From NCBI GenBank assembly GCA_963716175.1, contig OY970296.1:1-64000 (forward strand): 64,000 nt of DNA, given 5' to 3'. Origin of the DNA: an uncultured Armatimonadetes bacterium. GTDB lineage: Bacteria > Armatimonadota > Hebobacteria > Hebobacterales > Hebobacteraceae. Position 1 is the stretch's first letter, and each line of letters starts with the position of its first letter. A program made the translations under genes and the position numbers. Under the pieces are notes generated by a model. That model did no database searches. It saw nothing but the letters and a program-made list of their open reading frames with translations, and was not told where the DNA came from. Shown in pieces: positions 29,930-38,765 of the stretch.

Positions 29930-30394
29930 GCAGAGTGCCGCGGGATTGCGCCGACCAGATGTCGGATGGGGATCTCGTGGTGGAGTGCGAGCAGTTCCTC
30001 GGCGGGCTGCTGAACTCGTACTCTCGCAAAGCCGCGTAACCGACGCGAACATCGCAGTGTTCGATCAGGGGGAAGTGGACGGCGTTGGCGCGGCCGCGGA
30101 CTCGTCATCCCAAGGCTGGCCTGCGCCGTGATCATGTCTTAGGCTGCCATCGTTGCACAGCCGTCCGCTCCCTCTGCATCGCGCCGATGGATTATTGGAT
30201 AGCACGCGCGCGGGCAGGGCCTCTGAAAGTCACCCCAGCCCCTGCTTCCAAAGCCGGATGCTGCCACCCCATTGGCCATCACCCTGTCATCGAATCGGTC
30301 CGCATGCCTCCCGGGCAGCACCGATGAGTTATTGGACATGACGCCCCCCACGCATCTGCCGAATCCATCCCCAAATGGGTTTCGGAATACTACG
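29930..30394 (+). mobile_element. 3' remnant of an integrase-core (rve, IS481/IS3-like) transposase plus three tandem right-end copies
   Basis: VVECEQFLGGLLNSYSRKAA* (ends 30039) nearly matches 36002-36110; end motifs at 30184-30206, 30321-30343 and 30371-30394. Confidence 0.8.
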
Positions 30395-30466
30395 GGTTGA
30401 CATAAGCATCTTGTATCGGACTAAGGCTGCCATCGTCGCCAAGGCAGCGTAGAGCCCGCCGGGCCA

Positions 30467-30509
30467 GGAGTCTCTTGCATCAGGGCGTTGCCCTGATGCA
30501 AGAGACTCC
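30467..30509. terminator. Perfect 20-bp hairpin downstream of the oxidoreductase/sulfatase operon
   Basis: GGAGTCTCTTGCATCAGGGC-GTT-GCCCTGATGCAAGAGACTCC. Confidence 0.65.
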
Positions 30510-30553
30510 GTAGACCTCTCGGCCCGCCCGGGCAGCCGACACCCGCACCGACC

Positions 30554-31549
30554 TCAGTCTACGGTCACCACACGTCTGGTGTTCAACGACTCTATCCCGG
30601 CTGCGATGACCTTCTGCGCCGCCAGCCCGTCGGCCCCGGAGCCATCGATCTCCTCTGGAGCCACGCCAGCCGTTACCTGCGTCAGGAAGCAGTGTATGCG
30701 CTCGCGGAAAGTATCCTGGAAGTCGCGGTACCCCCCGAACACCGGATTCGTGTAGACCGACTTGACTAGATCGCCGGCCGGGTAGAAGGTGGCCTGGCGC
30801 CACATATCCTCAGCCACGAACCTACCCTTGAGGCCGGCCACTTCGCAGCGTTCCATCGGATGTCCGCGAGCGATGTCGTAGCTGCTCGTGAGATGGCCCA
30901 CCATGCCGTTCTTCAGCTCGAGGTTGAACGATGCGGTTGACCAGATGTTTCGCCCTGGCGCTTTCATCGCGAAGCATTGCACCGCCGCGATGTCGCCGCA
31001 GAAGTACCGGATCATGTCAACCGAGTGCGGGTTCAATGCCTTCATGTGAAAGTATGGCGACTCGAAGCTCTCCGGCCGGCCGATCCAGAGCGCCATATTC
31101 ACGAAGAGGAGGCTGCCAACCCGACCCTCATCGAGCCACTGCTTGGCCAGCCGCGCCGCGGGTGTGAACCGGTGGTTGAAGTCAATCCCGAAGCAGCGGC
31201 CCTTCTCGCGCGCTACCCGCACCATCTCTGCCGCTGTGTCTACCTCGTTGCAGATCGGCTTCTCGCACAGCACGTGACAGCCGGCCTGCAAGGCCTCGAT
31301 GGTGGGTTCATAGTGGTCGCTGGCATACTCGTAGCCACCGGTGGTCACGCTGCAGAGGTCGGGGGCGAGCCGGGAGAGCATCTCCTCTGCACGAGTGAAC
31401 CATGGCACGCCTAGTCTCTGCCCGGCGCGCTTCGCCCTCTCGGGGATGATGTCGCAGACGCCGACCAACTCCGCCAGTTCATCGGCCTGGTAGATATCCG
31501 AGTGCAGGTTACCGATCGGACCCATCCCTATCACGCAGACGCGCAGCAT
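30554..31549 (-). CDS. Gfo/Idh/MocA oxidoreductase
   Basis: VIGMGPIG, HVLCEKP, NHRF. Confidence 0.93.
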   Translation of the reverse strand: MLRVCVIGMGPIGNLHSDIYQADELAELVGVCDIIPERAKRAGQRLGVPWFTRAEEMLSRLAPDLCSVTTGGYEYASDHYEPTIEALQAGCHVLCEKPICNEVDTAAEMVRVAREKGRCFGIDFNHRFTPAARLAKQWLDEGRVGSLLFVNMALWIGRPESFESPYFHMKALNPHSVDMIRYFCGDIAAVQCFAMKAPGRNIWSTASFNLELKNGMVGHLTSSYDIARGHPMERCEVAGLKGRFVAEDMWRQATFYPAGDLVKSVYTNPVFGGYRDFQDTFRERIHCFLTQVTAGVAPEEIDGSGADGLAAQKVIAAGIESLNTRRVVTVD

Positions 31550-31551
31550 TG

Positions 31552-32298
31552 CTATCCTCTGGCGCGGCTCCTCTGGCGCGGCACTGGCCTATAGCCGAGC
31601 TCACGCATGTCCTCGACCAGGAAGTCGAAATCATGCATCCCTTGGTCGGTCTTCCAGCGCCCGATGGGATCACGATTCACGACGATCTTTGCGAGCGGGA
31701 TCCCCAGGAACTCCCCCAAGCTGCGCAGGGTTGTGTTCTGCCTCAGGACGAAGTCCTCGAACCGCACCTGAATCGCGTGCCGGGGGGTCGGGGTCGCCTT
31801 GACGATTTCACGCTGATACTTCCAGCTAATCGCTCGCATCAGCCTGATGCTTTCCGGCTTGTCGTAGGGAACGCCGAAGTCAGAAAGGTCGTCCGTCAGG
31901 TGAGAGCCGATCACGGAATCGCGGGGATCGCGGACCCAGTGGATGTAGCGCGCCTCCGGGAACATCCGCACGATCCACGGGTAAACCAGCGTCGTTTCCG
32001 GCAGCTTCCATCCCTTGTTCTCGGCCCTGCTGCCTAACACGGACGCCAGGTACGATTCCACCAATCGCGTGAAGGCGGGGTCAATGGGTGCCGTGTGAAG
32101 CCCAGAGAAATCCCACGCCGCCCCCCCTTTGTGGACGACCGAGCGCGCCATCACCCGGCACGCTGCGTAGAAATCGTCGGCCGGCACCAGGTCGCCGGAG
32201 GGGTTGAGACGCGAGCCCATATACACGCCGCTGGCATATAGCGTGTGCGACATGACGCGGGTCCCTGAGTGACCTCTTCCGATCACGGTGACCATCAT
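31552..32298 (-). CDS. Sulfotransferase-family protein
   Basis: GRGHSGT 5'-PSB-like loop, GWKLP, FPEARYIHWVRDPRDS, RFEDFV. Confidence 0.85.
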   Translation of the reverse strand: MMVTVIGRGHSGTRVMSHTLYASGVYMGSRLNPSGDLVPADDFYAACRVMARSVVHKGGAAWDFSGLHTAPIDPAFTRLVESYLASVLGSRAENKGWKLPETTLVYPWIVRMFPEARYIHWVRDPRDSVIGSHLTDDLSDFGVPYDKPESIRLMRAISWKYQREIVKATPTPRHAIQVRFEDFVLRQNTTLRSLGEFLGIPLAKIVVNRDPIGRWKTDQGMHDFDFLVEDMRELGYRPVPRQRSRARG

Positions 32299-32307
32299 GG
32301 TGGCGCC

Positions 32308-33720
32308 CTACAGCTCCTTCGCCCCGCGCTGTCTGCGCAGTTCGGCGGCTGTGGCCTGCAGCTTCTCCGCCATCTGGGGTGATCCGATGTGGAGCGTGTC
32401 GTAGGCTTGCTGCGAGGTGGTGAAGGGCTCTCCATGGCCATGCCAATTCAGATTGGTGAAGATCGGATTGCGTCTGCCCGTCTCCTTCTCCCGCCGCGCG
32501 ATGTGCGCGTTCATGCGACTCAACAAAGTCTTCACGATCTCGGGCTCGTGCTTCGCTAGGTTGTGATCCTCGCCAAGATCGATGACGAGATTGTAGAGTT
32601 CGATCTTCGGCATGAAGTGGAAATCCGGCTCCAGCGCCTGGATCAGCTTCCACTCCGGGGTGTGCCACCCGTGCTTGCGCATCCAGGTGGCCTCGGTGAG
32701 GTAGAACTCCGGCTCCTGGCGGCGCGGCCTGCCCCTCATCAACGGCACCAGGCTGCGCCCATCGAAGCGGATCTTGGTCTTTATGCCCAGCAGCTCCAGA
32801 ATAGTCGGCATGATATCCTTCATCTGGACGTAGTCCCGGAACCGCTGACCGGCAGGCACCTTGCCGGGGCAGACGAAGGCGAGCGGGACGCGGATGGTGC
32901 ACTCGTAGAGCCCATGGTGATCGAACCAGCACTCATGATCGTAATGCGTTTCGCCGTGGTCCGAGTCAATCACAATAAGCGTCTTGTCCGCGATCTCGAG
33001 CGAGTCCAGGGCGGCGAGGAGGTTGGCGATGCACGAGTCCATGTAAGCGACTGCCCCGTCGTATTGGGCGACGATGTAACCTTTGTCGGTGCAACCCGGG
33101 GGAAACCAGCTTGCGAAGAAGTCACAGAAGGGCCTGAACGCCATCACCGGATCTAGCGAATGGTTCTCCGGATCCAACTCGTCGCCGCCGTAGAACATCC
33201 GGTCGAACGGCCGGGGCGGCAGATAAGGCGCATGTGGGTCCATGTGGCGGAGGAACAGGAAGAAGGGCTGGTCCTCTCCCGCCAGCCGCCCCAGTTCAGG
33301 GATGGCGACTTGGTTGAGGTTCTCAGCCTTGTGGCTCCGGCCTTCCTCCCATGATCCCCAGCCGCTGAAATCGAGGTACTCGTGGAAGCCGCGTGAGGCT
33401 TGGTTGCCGCTGAACCCGACGCAGGTGGTGTGGTAGCCGTTCTCGCCCAGCACTTCTGCGAGTGTGGTCAGGTGCTCGCCGAGCGGCCCCTGGTGTCGCA
33501 GCGCCACCACATCCGTTCCGAAACAGTCCATGCCCGTGAACATGGACCCATAGCCCGGAGTAGTGGGGATCGAAGGGCTGAACGCGTTCTCAAATACACA
33601 GCCGGCGCCTGCAAGCCTGTCAATGTGGGGCGTCGTCAGCCGATGGTACCCGTACAGGCTCATGTGATCGGCACGCAGGCTGTCGATGCCAAGAAGCAGC
33701 AGGTTCGGTCTCTTCCGCAC
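32308..33720 (-). CDS. Sulfatase-like hydrolase (alkaline phosphatase superfamily) with a non-canonical Thr motif
   Basis: IDSLRADH, PTTPGYGSMFTG, DPHAPY, SDHGE; GTG start after GAGGAG. Confidence 0.88.
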   Translation of the reverse strand: MRKRPNLLLLGIDSLRADHMSLYGYHRLTTPHIDRLAGAGCVFENAFSPSIPTTPGYGSMFTGMDCFGTDVVALRHQGPLGEHLTTLAEVLGENGYHTTCVGFSGNQASRGFHEYLDFSGWGSWEEGRSHKAENLNQVAIPELGRLAGEDQPFFLFLRHMDPHAPYLPPRPFDRMFYGGDELDPENHSLDPVMAFRPFCDFFASWFPPGCTDKGYIVAQYDGAVAYMDSCIANLLAALDSLEIADKTLIVIDSDHGETHYDHECWFDHHGLYECTIRVPLAFVCPGKVPAGQRFRDYVQMKDIMPTILELLGIKTKIRFDGRSLVPLMRGRPRRQEPEFYLTEATWMRKHGWHTPEWKLIQALEPDFHFMPKIELYNLVIDLGEDHNLAKHEPEIVKTLLSRMNAHIARREKETGRRNPIFTNLNWHGHGEPFTTSQQAYDTLHIGSPQMAEKLQATAAELRRQRGAKEL

Positions 33721-33762
33721 AGAGATCCGTCTCCTCATGGTGGGCGCCAAATCTACCCCCGA

Positions 33763-34563
33763 TCAGCGCGCGCCGAGCGCCTTCAGGCACGCGTTGATGT
33801 AGCCGTAGCTCTCGGCCGCAATGGCCGCGACCTCGGCCAACTCCAGTTCGCCGGCACCGATCACCTCCAGGCAGACCGGCCCGTTATACCCGCCCTCCAC
33901 CATCACCTTGCAGTAGGCGAAGAGGTCAATATCCCCGCGCCCGCAGGCCTGATCTTGCGCCCTCCCCGGCCCTGGGCCCTTGCCGAGGCAATCGCGGATG
34001 TGAATGTGCTTGGTTCGGCTCAGCACCGATCGCAGCGCCTCCGCGGGGTCCTCGCCTGCCCGCCAGATGTGACTTGGATCCATGTCAATGCCGAAGGCTG
34101 GAGATGCGATCTTCTTCATCGCTGCCAGCGTGGTCGGCGTGTTGTCTATGCAGGCGCCGACGTGCGCCTTCACGCACAGCGTCACTCCCCACTGCTCCGC
34201 TTTCTCCGACATACGCGCGATCAGGTCAGTCTGGCGATCGAAGTCCGCCTGCGACCCGCTCTTGCCACCCGGCCCGATGTTCACCACAGGGATCCCAATC
34301 GCGGCCGCCGCCTCGAAGGCCTTCGTCAGTCGGTCCTCGTCCAGCGCCGCCTCCTCCATGGACAGGAACTCGAGTCCGTTGCCGGCGGCGATCTGCTTGA
34401 GCCCCGCGGCCTGCTCGCGCCACCGATCCAACTCCAGATGCTCACACATCCCCTTGATGGCCGACACCTCTACCCCGTCGTAGCCGGCCAGCTTGATGTA
34501 CTTGGCGGCCGTGGCGAAGTCACTGTTGCCAAAGAGGACGGAGTTGACGCCGAGCCTGAGCAT
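33763..34563 (-). CDS. Sugar phosphate isomerase/epimerase (xylose isomerase-like TIM barrel)
   Basis: GYDGVE, DPSH, HIHIRD, GYNGPVCLE. Confidence 0.88.
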   Translation of the reverse strand: MLRLGVNSVLFGNSDFATAAKYIKLAGYDGVEVSAIKGMCEHLELDRWREQAAGLKQIAAGNGLEFLSMEEAALDEDRLTKAFEAAAAIGIPVVNIGPGGKSGSQADFDRQTDLIARMSEKAEQWGVTLCVKAHVGACIDNTPTTLAAMKKIASPAFGIDMDPSHIWRAGEDPAEALRSVLSRTKHIHIRDCLGKGPGPGRAQDQACGRGDIDLFAYCKVMVEGGYNGPVCLEVIGAGELELAEVAAIAAESYGYINACLKALGAR

Positions 34564-34619
34564 CGCGCGCTCCCTTCCTACCTGCGGAGTCGCAGCCGTT
34601 CCCTGATACACGACCCTCA

Positions 34620-35609
34620 TTAGAGGTCAACAACGGCGTGCGTCTCCCAGGACTTGATCGCTGCCTCGATGATGCGCTGCGCCTTCAGCCCGTCTTCGCC
34701 GGAGCCGTCAATCCGGTCGTACGGGGTCTTGGCTTCGATCTGGTCAATCCAAGCCCCGATCCGGCTCCTGAAGGTCTCGCCGAACGCGCGCATACCCCCT
34801 AGGTACTTGTGGCTCTCAGATTCGATGCTATCGCGCGGGTAGAACTGCAGGTCCTCACAGGCGTCCTCAATCACGAATCGGCCTTTCGAGCCGATGACTT
34901 CGCAGTGCTCGAGGCCGTACGAGCCGCCGGCATCGTAGCTGCCCGTCAGAGTGCCCACCACGCCGTTTTCGAAGTGCAGCAGCGCCTGGCAGTTCGAATA
35001 GGTAATGCGACCGTCGCCCTTCTTCAGGAAGCACGCCACACTCTTCACGTCGCCGCAGAAGTATCGCATCACGTCGAAGGAGTGTGGATGGAGCGCTCGC
35101 ATATGGAACCACGGCGAGGTCTCGACGGGGTTGTTGATCCACATCCGCATGTTGATCATGTATAGCGTCCCTAGGCGGCCCCCCGTGACCCACTCCTTCG
35201 CGCGCACGGCGGCGGGAGTGAACCGGTGGTTGAGGTTGATGGCATAGGGGACTCTCTTGTCCCTGGCCAGGGCGACCATCTTCTCGCCCTCGTCAATGCG
35301 ATTAGAGATGGGCTTCTCGCCGAGCACGGGGACGCCCGCCTCGAGTAACTCGATGGTCGGGGTGAAGTGATCGCCGCCATTCTCTTCACCTCTCGTGCAC
35401 ATGCTGCACGCGTCGAGCTTGATCCCATCCGACAACAGCTCCCTGACGCTATAGAAGGCCTTTCCACCGAACTTCGCCGCCGCGGCGTCGGTCTTCTCGT
35501 GGACGATGTCGCAAACCGCTACGACCTCGGTCTTCGGATTACCTTGATAGACTCCGGCGTGAATGCTGCCGATGTTGCCAACTCCCACGATCCCGATCTT
35601 CAGGGGCAT
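34620..35609 (-). CDS. Gfo/Idh/MocA oxidoreductase, paralogue of 30554..31549
   Basis: IVGVGNIG, VLGEKP, NHRFTPAA. Confidence 0.93.
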   Translation of the reverse strand: MPLKIGIVGVGNIGSIHAGVYQGNPKTEVVAVCDIVHEKTDAAAAKFGGKAFYSVRELLSDGIKLDACSMCTRGEENGGDHFTPTIELLEAGVPVLGEKPISNRIDEGEKMVALARDKRVPYAINLNHRFTPAAVRAKEWVTGGRLGTLYMINMRMWINNPVETSPWFHMRALHPHSFDVMRYFCGDVKSVACFLKKGDGRITYSNCQALLHFENGVVGTLTGSYDAGGSYGLEHCEVIGSKGRFVIEDACEDLQFYPRDSIESESHKYLGGMRAFGETFRSRIGAWIDQIEAKTPYDRIDGSGEDGLKAQRIIEAAIKSWETHAVVDL

Positions 35610-35631
35610 CTTTGCGCTCCCTCTTCCACGC

Positions 35632-35655
35632 CGCGGTGTCCAGAAACTCATCTGG
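35632..35655 (+). mobile_element. Solo IS terminal-repeat copy
   Basis: CGCGGTGTCCAGAAACTCATCTGG; shares AACTCATCTGGCTCC with 38681 and 48745. Confidence 0.65.
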
Positions 35656-35800
35656 CTCCAGCGCGGTACTGGAGCCGCGCTCGTCGTATTCTCTGCGATC
35701 ACTGACGCTCCTCTTCTGGAGAGGCCGAGAGGGTGAGCACGAGTTGTGTGTCCTCCGCTAGAATGGGACAGGAATGGGGGCAAGGCCTTGCGCATATGGA

Positions 35801-36520
35801 CGTCATGTCCGACAACTCATCGGCGCCGCCCGGAAGGGATGCGGGCCGGTTCATCGACGGGATGATGGACTGCAGAAGGGCGCCATCCGGCTTCGGATGC
35901 AGGGGCTGAGGTGACGGTCAGAACATCTGACCGCGCGACTGAGGGCGCCGGTGGCGTTGCATGCCCCAGCGTTCCCGGGTGAGCAGCACACGCGGTACGG
36001 ACTACGCGGCCTTGCGGTAGTAGGAGTTCAGCAACCCTCCCAGCAACTGCTCGCACTCCACCACGAGATCCCCATCCGACATCTGGTCGGCGCAATCCCG
36101 CGGCACTCCTCCTGCCGCTCGGCGCTCCGGTATTCGGTTGGCGATCCCCTGATGCGGACGATGGCCATTGAAGAAGCCGACATAGGCCCTGAGGGCGCGC
36201 CGCAGGCTGCTCACGCCGAAGAGAATGAGCTGCTCCAGGCACTCCCCGGTGACACTGCCCACCCACCATTCCGCATGGGCGTTGGCATCAGGGGCGCGAA
36301 ACGGGGTCTTCACCACGTTCGTATGGGCCGTGGTGAGGACCGCATCGAAGTCCCAGGCCAACAGCTTGTCCCGATCATGCAGCACATAGCGGGGCGCGAT
36401 CCCCAGATCCTCGCACGCCATCAGCAGGTTGCGGGCCATCTGCCCCATCCACAGGCCGTTGGGAGAGAAGGTGGCTTCCGCCAGCAGGATCGGGCGCGTG
36501 CTCAGGTGCAGCACGAACCG
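35801..36520 (-). mobile_element. Truncated integrase-core transposase (C-terminal half) with right end
   Basis: LHDRDK, TPFRAPDANAHAE, EC, RPHQGI, GGLLNSYYRKAA* (36002); terminal GATGAGTTGTCGGACATGACG at 35801. Confidence 0.85.
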
Positions 36521-36569
36521 TGACCGAGCCTGACAAGGCCGACGGTTTTCAGGTTTCCTTTGCCTCGCC

Positions 36570-38618
36570 CTAGCTCTCGGACCCCACGGGAGGCATGCCT
36601 GGAACATCAGGTCCGGTTGCTGGCTTCTCGGCAGTCTCCTGACCAGGTTTCGCTTCAGTCCCGCTCTCTTTCAGACCCGAGGCTTTCGGCAGGAAGTGCT
36701 GGGTGAGTGTGCCCGCGAGGGCATTGAAGATCCCTCCCTCGCCCGGAGCAAATACCTGAGGAACGATCGGATTCTTGCTGTCGCTCAGCGCAAGGATGGC
36801 ATTGACTACCGCGGTCGGACCTTGCCCGAGGGCTTCCACCTGCGCTTTATAAGCTTCAGCGCGCGCCATGCCGACTGCTCGGACTTCCGCACCCTTCGCG
36901 GTTCCGGTTTCGCGAATGAATGTAGCTTCACCGTCCGCTTCGGCCCTACGCGCGTTTGCCCGGTTGATGTTGATATCGACGCCGACCTTGGACTTGGCCA
37001 ATTCCGCCTGCATATCAGCGGTTCCCCGTGCGTTCTCGGTCTGGATCCGCTCGTCCTGAGCCGATTTCTGCATCTGGAAAGTCTCGATTTCCTGCTTGGC
37101 AACAGCGCGGTTGGTTAGGACAGTTACCAGTTGAGCGGGGAAGATGACGTCTTGGATGAAGACCCCGGGGATTTCAACATCGTATCTGCCCAACTGCTCT
37201 TTGATATAGGAGAAAGCCATTTCTTGGACTTGCTGGCGTTCTTCGATGAATTGGATGGCTGGCATCCCCTGGAGCTTCTCCCTGAAGTAATTGCCAACGG
37301 CCGCTTGAAGAACCTCACTGACGAGGTTCATCATGGTCTTTACTTTGGAGATGACAAACGGCGCCTTGACGTCAGGCACATGAATCTGGACTTGGAGATC
37401 GATCTTGAAGACAAAACCTTCGTTGCTCTTGGCTTCGATTGACTGGAGTCTTTGGTCCAGATCATGAGCCATGGAACTGGCTTCGGCCCAATTGAGGGTC
37501 AGAATTGCCGTCGGGACGATCTCGGCCTGGTAACAATGGGGATTGATGGGGTACTTCCCGGTTCTCAACGGCTCTTCCCAGACGCCCCGGTGTCCGGGCT
37601 TGACGATGCTGCCATGCTTGAAGGTTTCGCCGGAGACATCGACCGTGGGCAAGCCAACATAGGCCTTGATAACCGCGACCTCACCTTGCTCGACGACGAG
37701 CATGGGGACGATCTCGACGCGGACAAGGAAGGGATTGAGGTTGTAAGCACCGTAGAGGAGAACATCGTGCTGAAGGCCGATCTTGCCTCCATGGTCAAGG
37801 AAGGCCTGGAGGTCTTGATAGTTGTTGTGCTGGTCGTTTTTGCTGGCTAAGACGGCTTCGACAAGCTTCTGACCAGTCGCGCCACCCCCTTCGAGTTCGG
37901 CAATGTCCGCGAATCCGCCCAGACGACCGGCAATATCGTTTTGGGTCAATGGCTGTCCTTCGAGCGTTGTCACGACGCCGATGACATCCCTCATGCGTTC
38001 GCCTTCTCCTCTTTGTGTGGGGGTGATGACGGTGACATTGAGGTTCTCCGGCGCCAGGCCGAATGCTTCGCAGGTCAGACCTCGATGCGCCACGCGCTGC
38101 AGTTCGGGGTCAACCGGGATTCCGTACACCTTTCGTTTGGTGATCACCAGGAAGGCGATGGGATGGATCGGCAATAGGGATCCGGGTGGAAGGACGGGCC
38201 GTTGCACCCCTTTCTCGCCCTCGCTGCCGATGAAGCTCCGGAGATCGGTGAAGTTGCCGAATGCGGGTTGGAACCGGGCCGATTTCGCTCCGATTGGCAA
38301 GGGCTTGCCAACCTGGGCGATCACCACCCCAATCTCGCCCGCAGGCACTTGAACCCAAGGACGTTTCTCGACGGCATAGATGATCCAAAAGGCCAAACGC
38401 CAGCCTGGCATCAGCAGATCCGCCTGATAGCCCGCCTCACCCTGAAGAGCGATGGGGTTATCTTCCGTCAGCTTCCGCAATCCAAACCGCTTGATAACTA
38501 AACCGACTTCGTTTGGACCGATGCGTCGGATGGAGGGGATCGCCAAGAGCAGAAGGACAATCACGCCCAGGACTGTCCAAAGAAGCGGGGCCGCGACCGG
38601 AGCCGTTTCCATTTCCAT
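36570..38618 (-). CDS. SPFH/flotillin-like membrane protein
   Basis: N-terminal TM, repeated GxKGVQ/L.PG units, SNEGFVFKIDL band-7 region, coiled-coil tail; visibly lower GC. Confidence 0.85.
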   Translation of the reverse strand: MEMETAPVAAPLLWTVLGVIVLLLLAIPSIRRIGPNEVGLVIKRFGLRKLTEDNPIALQGEAGYQADLLMPGWRLAFWIIYAVEKRPWVQVPAGEIGVVIAQVGKPLPIGAKSARFQPAFGNFTDLRSFIGSEGEKGVQRPVLPPGSLLPIHPIAFLVITKRKVYGIPVDPELQRVAHRGLTCEAFGLAPENLNVTVITPTQRGEGERMRDVIGVVTTLEGQPLTQNDIAGRLGGFADIAELEGGGATGQKLVEAVLASKNDQHNNYQDLQAFLDHGGKIGLQHDVLLYGAYNLNPFLVRVEIVPMLVVEQGEVAVIKAYVGLPTVDVSGETFKHGSIVKPGHRGVWEEPLRTGKYPINPHCYQAEIVPTAILTLNWAEASSMAHDLDQRLQSIEAKSNEGFVFKIDLQVQIHVPDVKAPFVISKVKTMMNLVSEVLQAAVGNYFREKLQGMPAIQFIEERQQVQEMAFSYIKEQLGRYDVEIPGVFIQDVIFPAQLVTVLTNRAVAKQEIETFQMQKSAQDERIQTENARGTADMQAELAKSKVGVDININRANARRAEADGEATFIRETGTAKGAEVRAVGMARAEAYKAQVEALGQGPTAVVNAILALSDSKNPIVPQVFAPGEGGIFNALAGTLTQHFLPKASGLKESGTEAKPGQETAEKPATGPDVPGMPPVGSES

Positions 38619-38680
38619 CTCCCTTTGGCCAGGATTTCCTAGCCCGACAGGCTTTCGGCTTCTTTGTACTCCGCAAAAAC

Positions 38681-38704
38681 CGTCTTGTCCAGGAACTCAT
38701 CTGG
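38681..38704 (+). mobile_element. Solo IS terminal-repeat copy
   Basis: CGTCTTGTCCAGGAACTCATCTGG. Confidence 0.65.
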
Positions 38705-38765
38705 CTCCCAGGATCCTCATGGAGCCTCTCTAGTGGTATTCTCTCGCGCTTCGCGCGAGACCTGG

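Noticed and set aside
30184-30343. Xer dif or integron attC interpretation of the 23-bp motif
   Set aside because: No 11-6-11 dyad or attC boxes; the motif brackets DDE transposase remnants as inverted termini
30397-30411. TTGACATAAGCATCT as a second IS110 right end
   Set aside because: Spacing differs from 45002-45022 and no IS110 sequence adjoins
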